A stretch of 64,000 bases of DNA from a virus: IMG/VR virus record IMGVR_UViG_3300029913_000003, positions 64,001 to 128,000 of that record. The stretch is one strand, 5' to 3'. The notes under the pieces were generated by a model, which was given only the letters and a program-made list of their open reading frames with translations, was not told the origin of the DNA and made no database searches. Shown here in pieces: positions 46,928 to 56,967 of this stretch. Position numbers and translations under genes: made by a program. Position 1 is the stretch's first letter, and each line of letters opens with the position of its first letter.

Positions 46928-48793
46928 TTAAACTATTCCACAATATCCATCGACTACAATTGTTATATAATTACCTGTTGGATATGTATAAGAGCAAAGT
47001 GTTAATGTACCTAGTTTCTCTAAAAATTGACTTTGAGTTTGATGTGTATAATTTGTCCAATATACATAAGTATTATTTGGACTATTATTGGTGACAATAT
47101 ATTGTATCATTTGAATTACTGTGGTTGTAGTTGTTGTAGTTGGAGGAATATATGAAGAATTATCATAAAAGTATGAATTCGAATATACAGGAATCATACT
47201 ACCTATACCTGTTGCTAATAATATAAATGTTAATCCTGTACTAGGAACTCCAACCAAACTAAATTGTCTTGGAGAGATAGTATTTCCAGCTAATTGCTTA
47301 TCAGATGTTGAACCTGTAGAATATTCATAAATTATGATATTATTTGCTCCAGATGGACATCCATTAAAATAAATATTAAGATTATTTTCTAATGAATTAT
47401 AATAAATTCCAGTTATATTAAATCCTTCTGATGTAGTAGTTGTAGTTGTTGTAATTGGAATATAAGTTGTAGTAGTTGTAGTATAAGTTGTAGTAGTTGT
47501 GGTTGTTCCAGTTATAGGATATATTACAGATATAGATAATGAATTAGATATACCAGAATTTATTAAAGTTGATATAAATGTTCCATCATTCCAATAACCG
47601 TCATTCCAAACGCAATCAAGCATATTACCATCACTATATACACTATAATCAAAAATACAATTATTTGAATAACAATTAGTAAAATTACCATTTTTAATAT
47701 TTGCATATGTAAAATTACTATTTTTAAAAATTCCATTATGAATTTTTAATCCTAATGAATTATTCATACTTTCCATCGTTTCAATATTATTATCTTCCAT
47801 AATTAATATATTACCATCTTCACTTAGCATATTAAAACTTAAAGATTTTATATTAACATAAAATCCATTATATATATCTCCACCATAAAAATTTACATTA
47901 TTATATTTACCATTATAAAAACTACCTCCAATAATATTTAAATTTGATATATTTGCATTATATATATTTGCATTATATATAGTATAAGTATCTGAATCAT
48001 TTTCAATATATCCGCCATTAATATCTACATTTCCATCAATATTACAATTAAAAATTGTACCATTATTAATGACTACATTTGTAGTATCACCAGAAATATT
48101 TGAATTCGTCATAGCGCCACCATTAAAATATCCTCCATTAAATGAACCATCAGTAAATGTACCATCATTAAAAACTCCATCTTCAAATGTACAATCAATA
48201 AAATCAGCATAACGAACTAAACCATCACTCCATATAATACCGTTAAATGTTCCTCCATTAGCTGTTCCACCAGACCAAAAAGTATTTTGAAATGTTCCTC
48301 CATTAAATGTACCACCATACCATCCATATGGATTATCAAATACTCCACTATTCCAAATTCCACTAGTCCATGGTTGAGTCCATTTAATATCTGAATTTAT
48401 ATTATTCCAAAATCCATTATTAAAATAATTAGTATCATCTAAAATACAATCAATAAACTTACCATCATCTATAGTATAATTTAAAAATGTACAACCACTA
48501 AAATATCCATTTTTTATATAATTAGATTTATTAGTATTACCATTTATATTACAATTAATAAATCTACCAGTTTCAATATTACAATTTGTTAATGTACAAC
48601 TTTCAACTATATTATAATATGTAGTATCATCTGATATTATAGTAGATGTTTGAGATGTATTTGTATTAATATTACTTAAAAATTGTGAATTATATCCTTC
48701 ACTTGTAATAATAGTTTTTATTCCTGCATATTTATCTATAAATGTCATTCCATAGATATTAGTATTTTTAAAACCCCCTTGAGTTACGTTCAT
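46928..48793 (-). CDS. Fibre-like protein with beta-helix-type G/N-rich repeats and poly-Thr linkers
   Basis: Repeats GG.FNGG / NG.F.N. Linkers TGTTTTTTTYTTTTTTYIPITTTTTTT and PPTTTTTTTV. Confidence 0.5.
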   Translation of the reverse strand: MNVTQGGFKNTNIYGMTFIDKYAGIKTIITSEGYNSQFLSNINTNTSQTSTIISDDTTYYNIVESCTLTNCNIETGRFINCNINGNTNKSNYIKNGYFSGCTFLNYTIDDGKFIDCILDDTNYFNNGFWNNINSDIKWTQPWTSGIWNSGVFDNPYGWYGGTFNGGTFQNTFWSGGTANGGTFNGIIWSDGLVRYADFIDCTFEDGVFNDGTFTDGSFNGGYFNGGAMTNSNISGDTTNVVINNGTIFNCNIDGNVDINGGYIENDSDTYTIYNANIYNANISNLNIIGGSFYNGKYNNVNFYGGDIYNGFYVNIKSLSFNMLSEDGNILIMEDNNIETMESMNNSLGLKIHNGIFKNSNFTYANIKNGNFTNCYSNNCIFDYSVYSDGNMLDCVWNDGYWNDGTFISTLINSGISNSLSISVIYPITGTTTTTTTYTTTTTTYIPITTTTTTTSEGFNITGIYYNSLENNLNIYFNGCPSGANNIIIYEYSTGSTSDKQLAGNTISPRQFSLVGVPSTGLTFILLATGIGSMIPVYSNSYFYDNSSYIPPTTTTTTTVIQMIQYIVTNNSPNNTYVYWTNYTHQTQSQFLEKLGTLTLCSYTYPTGNYITIVVDGYCGIV

Positions 48794-48867
48794 TTAATTT
48801 ATTAATTTTTTCATTATTATATATAAAAAAATATAACTTATAAATAAAAATATTTATATATACTAAT

Positions 48868-49224
48868 ATGAGAATAAATGAAAGAAAAAAAGTTATAAAA
48901 GAAGCGTTAATAAACTCATTTGTTGAAGAACATAACTCTTATAAAAATACTGTCAATATTATTAATAAAGAATTATCTGATAATGGTATTAAATATCAAT
49001 ATTCATATGACGAGTTTTGTATCGAATTTTTAAATCAAACATTAAAAGAAATTGAAAATGTAGATATATTTAATTTTGATGAATATGATTCTTTTTATTC
49101 AAACTTTTGGGTATTTAATTTATACAATTTAAAAAATATGTTATCTAATAAACTAGATACACTTGGATATAAATATGAAGATATTTATAAAAAAGATGTT
49201 AATATGAATATTTTATCAGAATAA
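48868..49224 (+). CDS. Hypothetical protein
   Basis: 118-aa ORF. Confidence 0.4.
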   Translation: MRINERKKVIKEALINSFVEEHNSYKNTVNIINKELSDNGIKYQYSYDEFCIEFLNQTLKEIENVDIFNFDEYDSFYSNFWVFNLYNLKNMLSNKLDTLGYKYEDIYKKDVNMNILSE

Positions 49225-49345
49225 TTATATTTTTTGAAATTAAATAAAACTTTTTATATATTCTCATATATAAATTATAAATGTTGCAGGAATTAAAAAA
49301 ATTGAAACATTTAAAGCTAAAAGGCTATAAAAAAAAATTAAAGGC

Positions 49346-50320
49346 ATGAAAGAATTTGAAAATGTCGATTTATTCGACGCAATTGACGCACAAAGCGAAA
49401 CTCTAGATTTTCTAGAAAAAAAAGGTGGTAGTTTAGATGGTATTTATCGTCCTAAAATTACAGACAAAAAGAAAGGTTATGTTTCTACTATTAGATTTTT
49501 ACCAAATCTTACAAAAGATGGTAAAGTATCATTATCAGCAATTGAAAAACATCAGCATTATGTTGATTTTAAAAATCATCCAGAACTTCAAGGTTACTAT
49601 GATTGTATGAAAAATTTCACAGATAAATGTGATATTTGTACTATGTACTGGAAGTTGAAGAACTCAAAAAACGCATCAGATGTTGAAAAAGCAGATTTGA
49701 TTAGTAGAAGTACTAAATATTATTCTTATATTTTAGTAATTGAAGATGAACAAAATCGTGATTTAGAAGGCAAAATTTTAATTTATCCTTATGGTTACAA
49801 AATCAAAGAAAAAATTAAAGATCAAAAAGATGGTATATCATCAGATGCTTGTAATGTTTTTGATTTGGCAAATGGTAAAGACTTCAAATTGGTTATGAAG
49901 CAATTAGGAGAATTTCCTAATTATGATTCTAGTACTTTTTTAGAAGTATCTCCTATTAAAATTATGACTCCAAAAGGTTTGGTTAAAGTTCCAATTGAAG
50001 TTGATGAAAAAACAGGAAAAAATAAAATTACTAATCCTAAAGTTAAAGAAAAAGTAATGACGTTTTTAAAGGAACGTACAATTGATCTTGAAGATCATCA
50101 ACCAAAAGAATGGACTTCTGAAGATAGATTTAAAGTAACTCAAATACTTGATATTATTTCAGGTAATGAAACATCTTTTGCTAAAAAAGAAGCTGAAAAT
50201 TCATCTAATGATAATGTATCAACAAAAGAATCAAAATCTAGTAAAATTAATGATGAAGCATTTGGAGATGACGATGATGACGCTAACAATTTTTTTGATA
50301 TTGATTCATCAGAAGAATAA
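49346..50320 (+). CDS. Single-stranded DNA-binding protein, T4 gp32 family
   Basis: STIRFLP matches gp32 VIRFLPS. Zn-site-like H..C..C..C (HQHY..CMKN..CDIC). GKILIYPYGYKI. DFKLVMKQLGEFPNYDSSTF parallels gp32 [21 protein letters not shown]. Acidic C-tail DDDDDANNFFDIDSSEE. Confidence 0.85.
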   Translation: MKEFENVDLFDAIDAQSETLDFLEKKGGSLDGIYRPKITDKKKGYVSTIRFLPNLTKDGKVSLSAIEKHQHYVDFKNHPELQGYYDCMKNFTDKCDICTMYWKLKNSKNASDVEKADLISRSTKYYSYILVIEDEQNRDLEGKILIYPYGYKIKEKIKDQKDGISSDACNVFDLANGKDFKLVMKQLGEFPNYDSSTFLEVSPIKIMTPKGLVKVPIEVDEKTGKNKITNPKVKEKVMTFLKERTIDLEDHQPKEWTSEDRFKVTQILDIISGNETSFAKKEAENSSNDNVSTKESKSSKINDEAFGDDDDDANNFFDIDSSEE

Positions 50321-50339
50321 TTAAACTCACATATAAATT

Positions 50340-50386
50340 AAAAAAATAAGTTACTATAAATAGTAACTTATTTTTTTTTGCTTAAT
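50340..50386. terminator. Bidirectional intrinsic terminator
   Basis: aaaaaaaTAAGTTACTAtaaaTAGTAACTTAttttttttt. Confidence 0.55.
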
Positions 50387-50396
50387 TATTAAATAA

Positions 50397-50750
50397 TTAT
50401 GCTGTTGTAGTTGTTGTAGTTGTAGGAGCATGAGTTGTAGTTGTTGTAGTTGTAGGAGCATTAGTTGTAGTTGTAGTTGTAGTTGGATATGCATAAATAC
50501 TAATTGTTCCTGATACAACAGTAACGCCAGATAAATAAGTATAATCAACATAAACATCGTTATCAACAGGAATTGTAGTACCTGTAATAAAATTATCTGT
50601 AATTGTTCTAATTCCAGTAATTGTAAATCCTGGATAAGATAAAATTGCTGAATCGTCTACGTGAAATGAATATCCTTCACCGTAAGGAGCTGTATTACCA
50701 GTTGGTTGATAGCTATAAAATGCTCCGTCTATAATTTTTGTTTGTTTCAT
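50397..50750 (-). CDS. Small beta-rich protein with C-terminal poly-Thr tandem repeats
   Basis: Three 30-bp tandem repeats encode PTTTTTTT(N/H)A. Confidence 0.4.
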   Translation of the reverse strand: MKQTKIIDGAFYSYQPTGNTAPYGEGYSFHVDDSAILSYPGFTITGIRTITDNFITGTTIPVDNDVYVDYTYLSGVTVVSGTISIYAYPTTTTTTTNAPTTTTTTTHAPTTTTTTTA

Positions 50751-50863
50751 ATTTTTTAATTTATTTTTTAATTTCTATTATATATTAAATAAAAAAACTG
50801 ATTTTTTTATAAATATTTTTATTTTCTTTTTTTATATATATAATTATAAAAAAATGATATTTT

Positions 50864-51133
50864 ATGATAACTAATTTCAAATTATTTGAAAATAATGAAC
50901 AAATAAAAATAGGAGATGTGGTTAAATGTATAGATCATTCAGATACTGAAGAGTTATTAGAATATGGCAAATTTTACAAAATTGAAAATATTATAACATA
51001 TAGGAGTGGTGTTACACAATACAATTTTTATAATATTAATTATGATTGGAATGATAATAGATTTAGATTAGCAACGCCAGAAGAAAAAATACAATATGAA
51101 TTAGAACAATCAGCAAATAAATTTAACATATGA
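50864..51133 (+). CDS. Family A variant (N-term MITNFKLFE, C-term ANKFNI)
   Basis: Same variant N-terminus as ORF 1174, with IGDVVKC core. Confidence 0.55.
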   Translation: MITNFKLFENNEQIKIGDVVKCIDHSDTEELLEYGKFYKIENIITYRSGVTQYNFYNINYDWNDNRFRLATPEEKIQYELEQSANKFNI

Positions 51134-51990
51134 TACATATAAAAACATATAAAATTTTTGAAAAAACATCCCTTATTAATATAGGAGTGCCATATTCTGT
51201 TATGAAAAGTATGCAGAAAAATTATGAAATATCAAGTGATGCAGAATGGAAATTATTAAAAGTAAAAAAAGATATTATAAAATATTTAACAGAACCTACT
51301 AATAATCTAATAGTTTCAATTTGTAAAAATAATATATTTGTTTCATTCTCTTATGAATCAGAATATTATATAGAAACATTTAAGTTAATTGAAAAAGATG
51401 ATTTTGGAAATGAAGATTGGGGAAAAGTAGATAGAGTAAAAACAACAATATCTGATATTTTAAGTAAAATTAAAAGAGGATGTAAATCATATGTTATAGT
51501 ATCAGGAGGTTGGTTACCTGAATATTCATCTGAACGAAAATTAAAAAAATCTGAAGTTGAATTTGATGAGGTTACAAATCAATTCAAAAGAGATTTTGCT
51601 GAAAACTTTACAAGAATTGTTAAAAATATGTACGGTAAAAAAGCTAATATAGTATCAGATATTATTGTAAATCATTTAAAAAATGTGCAATTTAATATAA
51701 GTGATAAAGAAATTCGTGAAATTTTATTTCTAAATGTAGAAAGAGCAAAAAATGTAGATGAATTTAAACAAAAATCAAAAGATAAAGATCCATATAAACT
51801 TTATAATGAGATAATTATGAATAACAGCCTGACAATTTTTGATGAATATATTGTCACATTTGAAGATGAAATGTCAGATAAATATAAAGAATATTTAAAT
51901 ATTCCTATTATGATAGAAAATTATACCAGAGATAAGGTATTTACCGCTTTTTTATATTATCTTTACTGTAAAAAACTGATGAAACTATAA
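51130..51990 (+). CDS. Family A-like large protein lacking the C-terminal tag
   Basis: MIHIKTYKIFEK N-terminus. Ends KKLMKL. Confidence 0.45.
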   Translation: MIHIKTYKIFEKTSLINIGVPYSVMKSMQKNYEISSDAEWKLLKVKKDIIKYLTEPTNNLIVSICKNNIFVSFSYESEYYIETFKLIEKDDFGNEDWGKVDRVKTTISDILSKIKRGCKSYVIVSGGWLPEYSSERKLKKSEVEFDEVTNQFKRDFAENFTRIVKNMYGKKANIVSDIIVNHLKNVQFNISDKEIREILFLNVERAKNVDEFKQKSKDKDPYKLYNEIIMNNSLTIFDEYIVTFEDEMSDKYKEYLNIPIMIENYTRDKVFTAFLYYLYCKKLMKL

Positions 51991-51991
51991 A

Positions 51992-52336
51992 ATGAAATAT
52001 ATTAAAGAATTTGAAAATATTAGTAATGATGATATAAAAGTAGGAGATTATGTTTTAATAAATATTAATTATAATTCTACAGTTGTTGGTTCAAAAGAAT
52101 TTATGAAATTTATAAATAATAATATTGGTAAAGTTATAGAAATATTTAGTCCTAATAAGTTATATAATAATATAACAATAGAATATAATAATGTTCCAGA
52201 ACGTATACGTAAGATATGGTTTATAGAAGAAAATGGTAAAATAATAAAAAATGTTAGATATAATAGAATAGTTGAACATGGTAAAACAATTGAAGAATTA
52301 GAATTAAAATTACAAGCAAATAAATTTAATTTATGA
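51992..52336 (+). CDS. Family A, GDYV/NNIGK core subfamily
   Basis: MKYIKEFEN..VGDYVLI..NNIGKVI..EELELKLQANKFNL. Confidence 0.6.
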   Translation: MKYIKEFENISNDDIKVGDYVLININYNSTVVGSKEFMKFINNNIGKVIEIFSPNKLYNNITIEYNNVPERIRKIWFIEENGKIIKNVRYNRIVEHGKTIEELELKLQANKFNL

Positions 52337-52863
52337 AATACGTAAAAACCTTTGAAAATATAATAGAAGGAAAACGTCGAAACGATGTACTTGATATTAT
52401 TATTGAAGATAATTCATTAAAAATGAAGAAGCTATTAGATAAAAACAAGATAAATATAAATGATAGAATTTATAAACTTAATGGTATAATTTTTGGAGTA
52501 TCTTATGATATTAAACGTACATTAGATATAATTCCAGATATCGATAATGCAAATTGGACATTATTAATGATTGCATCTTATATTGGAAAAATTGATATAA
52601 TTGAAACATTAATAGAATTTGGAGATGAAGAATATATAAATGAAAATTATAAAGGATTAACAGCGTTAATGTTAGCTTCTATGAATAATAAAATATTAGC
52701 AGTTGAAACATTAATTAAATTAGGTTCTAATATATATTTAACTAATGATAAAGGTCAAGATTTCTTGGATATTTCAACAAAAGAATTTAGAAAAGAAATT
52801 ATTGATACTATTGATGATGAAAATGTTATACGATTTATTACAGCAAAAAAATTTAACATATAA
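52333..52863 (+). CDS. Family A protein with ankyrin-like repeats
   Basis: MKYVKTFE. WTLLMIASYIGKIDIIETLIEFG and GLTALMLASMNNKILAVETLIKLGSN. C-terminal AKKFNI. Confidence 0.55.
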   Translation: MKYVKTFENIIEGKRRNDVLDIIIEDNSLKMKKLLDKNKININDRIYKLNGIIFGVSYDIKRTLDIIPDIDNANWTLLMIASYIGKIDIIETLIEFGDEEYINENYKGLTALMLASMNNKILAVETLIKLGSNIYLTNDKGQDFLDISTKEFRKEIIDTIDDENVIRFITAKKFNI

Positions 52864-52877
52864 AAATAAATAAAAAT

Positions 52878-53330
52878 ATGAAACACGTTAAAGCATTTGA
52901 GTCATTAACAGAAAAAGAACAAGAAAAAGTTGATTTATTAGCAGATTTGATGAGTAGAAATCCAAAAAGTGAAGACAATGATTTTTATATTTTTCTTGCA
53001 AAAGATACATTTAAAGAAACTAAAGGAGGATTATATAAAAAAGAATTAGAAATCGAAAATATGATTAGAATTACTCCTGATTATCATGGATTATTTTCAA
53101 TTCATGGATTAGAAATGAGAGAAAAATTTCAAATTGATAGTAAAATATATCATATATGGTTACCAAAAGAAATGAGAACGGATATTGAAGGTAAATCTGA
53201 CGGTGATATGAAGCCTTGGCTATTAAAAATGATAAATAAAAATAAAAGTTACGGAGCTGATGAATATGGTAAAAAAGTTTATAAAGATGCAATTGATATG
53301 AGAAAAAATGCTTCAAAATTTAACATATAA
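52878..53330 (+). CDS. Family A protein
   Basis: MKHVKAFE ... ASKFNI. Confidence 0.55.
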   Translation: MKHVKAFESLTEKEQEKVDLLADLMSRNPKSEDNDFYIFLAKDTFKETKGGLYKKELEIENMIRITPDYHGLFSIHGLEMREKFQIDSKIYHIWLPKEMRTDIEGKSDGDMKPWLLKMINKNKSYGADEYGKKVYKDAIDMRKNASKFNI

Positions 53331-53332
53331 AT

Positions 53333-53710
53333 ATGGAAAAATATACTAAAATATTTGAAGAAGCAAGCAAAGAAAAATGGAATAATTATTGCACAATTAT
53401 AAGTTATATTGATGAAGATGACAATAATCCAGATGTTTATCTTTGTGATAATGAATATCAAGGATTTATTTATCTTAAAAATTTAATTTATGATGAATAT
53501 GCTGAAAAATATAATTCAGAATATTGTAGCAAGATATTAATAGAATTTAGTACTGCTGATAATCTTAATGATTTATATGAAATTTTTTGTAGTAAAAATC
53601 ATAGAATGAGAGTATATTTAATTTATTGTGAATTGAATGAAAAAGTTGAACTTAATGACTGGATAAAAGATTGGGAATTAAAAAATACAGCAAGCAAATT
53701 TAACGTATAA
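53333..53710 (+). CDS. Family A variant (N-term MEKYTKIFEE, C-term ASKFNV)
   Basis: Last gene of the plus-strand array. Confidence 0.5.
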   Translation: MEKYTKIFEEASKEKWNNYCTIISYIDEDDNNPDVYLCDNEYQGFIYLKNLIYDEYAEKYNSEYCSKILIEFSTADNLNDLYEIFCSKNHRMRVYLIYCELNEKVELNDWIKDWELKNTASKFNV

Positions 53711-53776
53711 TATGAAATATTTAAAATATTTATGAAACACTGAATAATAAAAAACTATTCATTTTTTGAATAGTAA

Positions 53777-54961
53777 TTATAAATTTTTAATCAATTCTTT
53801 AAAATGTTTATCAAATATGATTTTAACTTTATCGTAATTAGATTTAGAACATACAATTGAATCATGTACAGTAAATAATATTATATCTGGATAGGTATCA
53901 TAAATTTCTTTTATAACAGTATTAAATATAAAATCACTCTCCATTTTCTGAAGTTCATGTGATAATTCTTTATAATTATTTCTTTTATCTTTAAATTCTA
54001 AAATGTACTCATAAACAGATGGATACAAATTTTGAAATATTCTATTTAATTTCTTATTTGTTTTTAAATTATTACCGAACAGAACTTTATAAATAAGTTC
54101 TTTAGCTTCATATCTTTCTTTTAATTTTGAATTTTTAATAATATCTTCATATATTAATCCTTCTTTTACTAATTCAAAATATCTTTTAGTATCACCATTT
54201 ATATATGACAATTCTTTTTTTAATAGAACAGCAAAAAATAATGGCTGAGAATTATTAATATCAATTTCTGAAAGATTCTCATTATTAATACTTAAATATT
54301 GATTACGAATTTCTTTTTTAAGAATTGTAAAATTTGTATGGAATCTACCATAATCATCAAAATTAAAATAAATACTTTTGGAATTTATATTTTCAATTGA
54401 TATTAAATTTTTTTGATATTTAGGCTCACACATTTCACCACTTTTTCGTCTACAATCAAGTAGTTTTAAAGCTCCTTCATAATCAATATCTATCTTGTTT
54501 AATGATTCTATTAACCTTGCTCTAATATCTACTTGGATAGAGCTAAAACTCATCTCTGTAATAGATGTCTCATACCTATTATTGATTTTTTTCAATAACA
54601 TATTATCGTAATTTTTCCATCTTAATACATCATAAGTATAATCAATACACAATTTATATGTCTTAGTTTTTTTACCTACACAATAATTAGATATCATAGT
54701 CATGAAACCTTGCTCACATAAATAATTTATATAATAATTATAATATTCTCCATATCGTTTTTTTAATATTATTGATGATAATTTAAATTTAGAATCTGTA
54801 TTGTTACTGAAATAATATTTGATAATAAGTTCATGTACTATATTAATAAGGTACGAACATTTCAAATTTATACCTTTATATTCTAATTTTTTTTGCTGAG
54901 TTAAATAATTTAAGTCCTTTGAAACAAATTGCCAAATATAATCACTAGATTTTGAAACCAC
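53777..54961 (-). CDS. Hypothetical protein (394 aa)
   Basis: Large ORF. Motifs YGRFHTN and ILFTVHDSIVC suggest a possible nucleic-acid enzyme. No family could be assigned by eye. Confidence 0.45.
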   Translation of the reverse strand: MVSKSSDYIWQFVSKDLNYLTQQKKLEYKGINLKCSYLINIVHELIIKYYFSNNTDSKFKLSSIILKKRYGEYYNYYINYLCEQGFMTMISNYCVGKKTKTYKLCIDYTYDVLRWKNYDNMLLKKINNRYETSITEMSFSSIQVDIRARLIESLNKIDIDYEGALKLLDCRRKSGEMCEPKYQKNLISIENINSKSIYFNFDDYGRFHTNFTILKKEIRNQYLSINNENLSEIDINNSQPLFFAVLLKKELSYINGDTKRYFELVKEGLIYEDIIKNSKLKERYEAKELIYKVLFGNNLKTNKKLNRIFQNLYPSVYEYILEFKDKRNNYKELSHELQKMESDFIFNTVIKEIYDTYPDIILFTVHDSIVCSKSNYDKVKIIFDKHFKELIKNL

Positions 54962-55101
54962 TGAACGTTATTTTTTCTTTCATATATAAGATTTATGAGT
55001 GTTTGTTTTCTTATATTATTTTTATTTTTAAAATAAATATTTATAACAAAATATAAACTTTTAATTATAAATAATATACGAATTAAAAACAATTAATAAT
55101 A

Positions 55102-55287
55102 ATGGATACATTTATATTTATATTAAATATTTTATATTTAGTAATAATGATGACTTTAGTTTCATTAAACATAAAATATGGTAATAAATCACCAATATAT
55201 GAAATATTTGGAATAATAATAATATCAATACTTATATTAACAGTATTATCATATGCAATATTAATAACCCCAATTATAGCGATATAA
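55102..55287 (+). CDS. Small membrane protein (two predicted TM helices)
   Basis: 61-aa hydrophobic ORF. Confidence 0.3.
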   Translation: MDTFIFILNILYLVIMMTLVSLNIKYGNKSPIYEIFGIIIISILILTVLSYAILITPIIAI

Positions 55288-55358
55288 ATAAAAAATCATT
55301 TTATTTTGTATATTTGAAAAAATATATTATCTTTACACAAAATTTAAAATATATCACA

Positions 55359-55793
55359 ATGAAAAGATTTATAACTATCAATCAAAAAGACAAAGATTTC
55401 TTTAAAATGATTAATCAATCTGAACATGGATTTGATTTAATTATTACGGCAGATTCAAAAATGAAATCATTATTAGATATTATAAATTTTAATAATCAAG
55501 AAGATGAAATTTATATATCTTGGCAACAAAAATTCAAAAATGAGAATTTTACATTATATAAAAAATGTATATTTTCAAATCCAGAAGATAATTATTTTAA
55601 AGAACAAGGATTTTTTTCAATACAAAAAAAATGTGGTACTAAAATTCATGTTAGTTGTTCAGGAATATCTTATTTTACTTCGAATAAAATGTTTATAAAT
55701 AAAAATGTAAAATATTCTACATATTCATTTAAAGATTCTAAATCATTAATTAGAATGTTAAAAATTGGAGAATTAAACTCAATTGAATTATGA
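55359..55793 (+). CDS. Hypothetical protein
   Basis: Start at MKRFITINQ (ATG at 55359), 24 nt downstream of a TATCTTTA -7-like box at 55328-55335. Confidence 0.4.
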   Translation: MKRFITINQKDKDFFKMINQSEHGFDLIITADSKMKSLLDIINFNNQEDEIYISWQQKFKNENFTLYKKCIFSNPEDNYFKEQGFFSIQKKCGTKIHVSCSGISYFTSNKMFINKNVKYSTYSFKDSKSLIRMLKIGELNSIEL

Positions 55794-56128
55794 AAATAAC
55801 TATAAATCAAGTAAATCCTCCTATTAATATTATTAGAAAAATTAAACTTAATAAGATTAATAGAAATAAAATTCAAACAGATTATATAAAATATAATTGG
55901 AAAATTACTACTGAAAATATAAACGAAGATTTGAGAGATTTTCATTTATTTTGTTTATCTATTGCAATGGAGTTAATTGATGATAATTCAAAAACAAACG
56001 AAATAGGAAAAATTGAATACATTAAAATAAAAAAGTCAAAAAAAGACATTTCAAAAATTAAAGAATTATTTGAATATATTGCTAATGATAAAAAAAAATA
56101 TCCTGATAAATACAAAAAAAATAAATAA
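55790..56128 (+). CDS. Hypothetical basic protein
   Basis: 112-aa ORF overlapping the previous gene by 4 nt. Confidence 0.4.
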   Translation: MKITINQVNPPINIIRKIKLNKINRNKIQTDYIKYNWKITTENINEDLRDFHLFCLSIAMELIDDNSKTNEIGKIEYIKIKKSKKDISKIKELFEYIANDKKKYPDKYKKNK

Positions 56129-56247
56129 ATATTAAAAAATATTAAATGTTCAATAAAAATATCATTTAATTTTCATATATCATTAAAAAACTATATCTTT
56201 GTACTGTAATTAAAACTTAATATATTTACTTTAAAAAAATATTTAAT

Positions 56248-56283
56248 ATGGAAGATAGTTGCAATTCACCGCCGATACAATAA
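56248..56283 (+). CDS. Micro-ORF MEDSCNSPPIQ (11 aa), copy 1
   Basis: Preceded by the TATCTTTGTACT promoter-like box at 56201-56212. Near-identical copy at 56346. Confidence 0.3.
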   Translation: MEDSCNSPPIQ

Positions 56284-56345
56284 TAGATAAAAATATAATA
56301 GATAAAATATAAATAAATTAGATAAAATATAAATAATATAATAAT

Positions 56346-56378
56346 ATGAAAGATAGTTGCAATTCACCGCCGATATAA
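56346..56378 (+). CDS. Micro-ORF MKDSCNSPPI (10 aa), copy 2
   Basis: Direct repeat of atgRaagatagttgcaattcaccgccgata. Confidence 0.3.
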   Translation: MKDSCNSPPI

Positions 56379-56440
56379 CAAAATATAAGATATATAATCG
56401 AAAAATATAGATAAAAATATAAATGAAAGCCATAAAAGCA

Positions 56441-56482
56441 AAAAGTCATTCTTTTTAAAGAATGACTTTTTATTTTATAATA
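56441..56482. terminator. Bidirectional intrinsic terminator
   Basis: aaaagcaaaAAGTCATTCTTTttaAAGAATGACTTtttatttt. Confidence 0.5.
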
Positions 56483-56493
56483 CATTTTAATAT

Positions 56494-56967
56494 TTAAACT
56501 TCTTCAGCGGCTTCTTTAGCATTAGTTACTTTTTTAGCAAGATTTACACCTTCTTCACCTAATTCACCATTATTTAATTGTCCAATAACATCTTGATATT
56601 TACTAAATTCACTATTAACTTGTTCAGGAAAAGATTCGTCTTTTTGCTTAGTTTTAAATAATTCTGCTCCTTTTTTGCCCAATTCTATGACTTTTTCAGC
56701 GAATTCTTTACCACGCTCTCCTAATTTATTATTTTTTAATAATTCTAAAACTCCACTTGTTGTAACTTTAACGATACCTGTTCCAATTGCTCCTACTGCT
56801 AATGCATCAATTGCTATTCCAGCCCAATAATACACTTGTTCAAGAGCACCTAATGATGCTGCATTAGAAAATAATTCAGACCATATATTTTCATTTAAGT
56901 TATTTTCTTCGTTATTAGTTTTTACTTTTTCAGTTATAAATGAACCAAAATCTTTAAGTTTTTTCAT
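56494..56967 (-). CDS. Hypothetical protein, GC-richer, with Ala/Gly-rich amphipathic segments
   Basis: 157-aa ORF. Its codon composition differs from its neighbours. Confidence 0.45.
   Translation of the reverse strand: MKKLKDFGSFITEKVKTNNEENNLNENIWSELFSNAASLGALEQVYYWAGIAIDALAVGAIGTGIVKVTTSGVLELLKNNKLGERGKEFAEKVIELGKKGAELFKTKQKDESFPEQVNSEFSKYQDVIGQLNNGELGEEGVNLAKKVTNAKEAAEEV

Noticed and set aside
53777-54961. Calling ORF 53777-54961 a replication initiator or primase
   Set aside because: Motifs YGRFHTN and TVHDSIVC hint at a nucleic-acid enzyme, but I cannot place them in a named family from memory. It is left as hypothetical.
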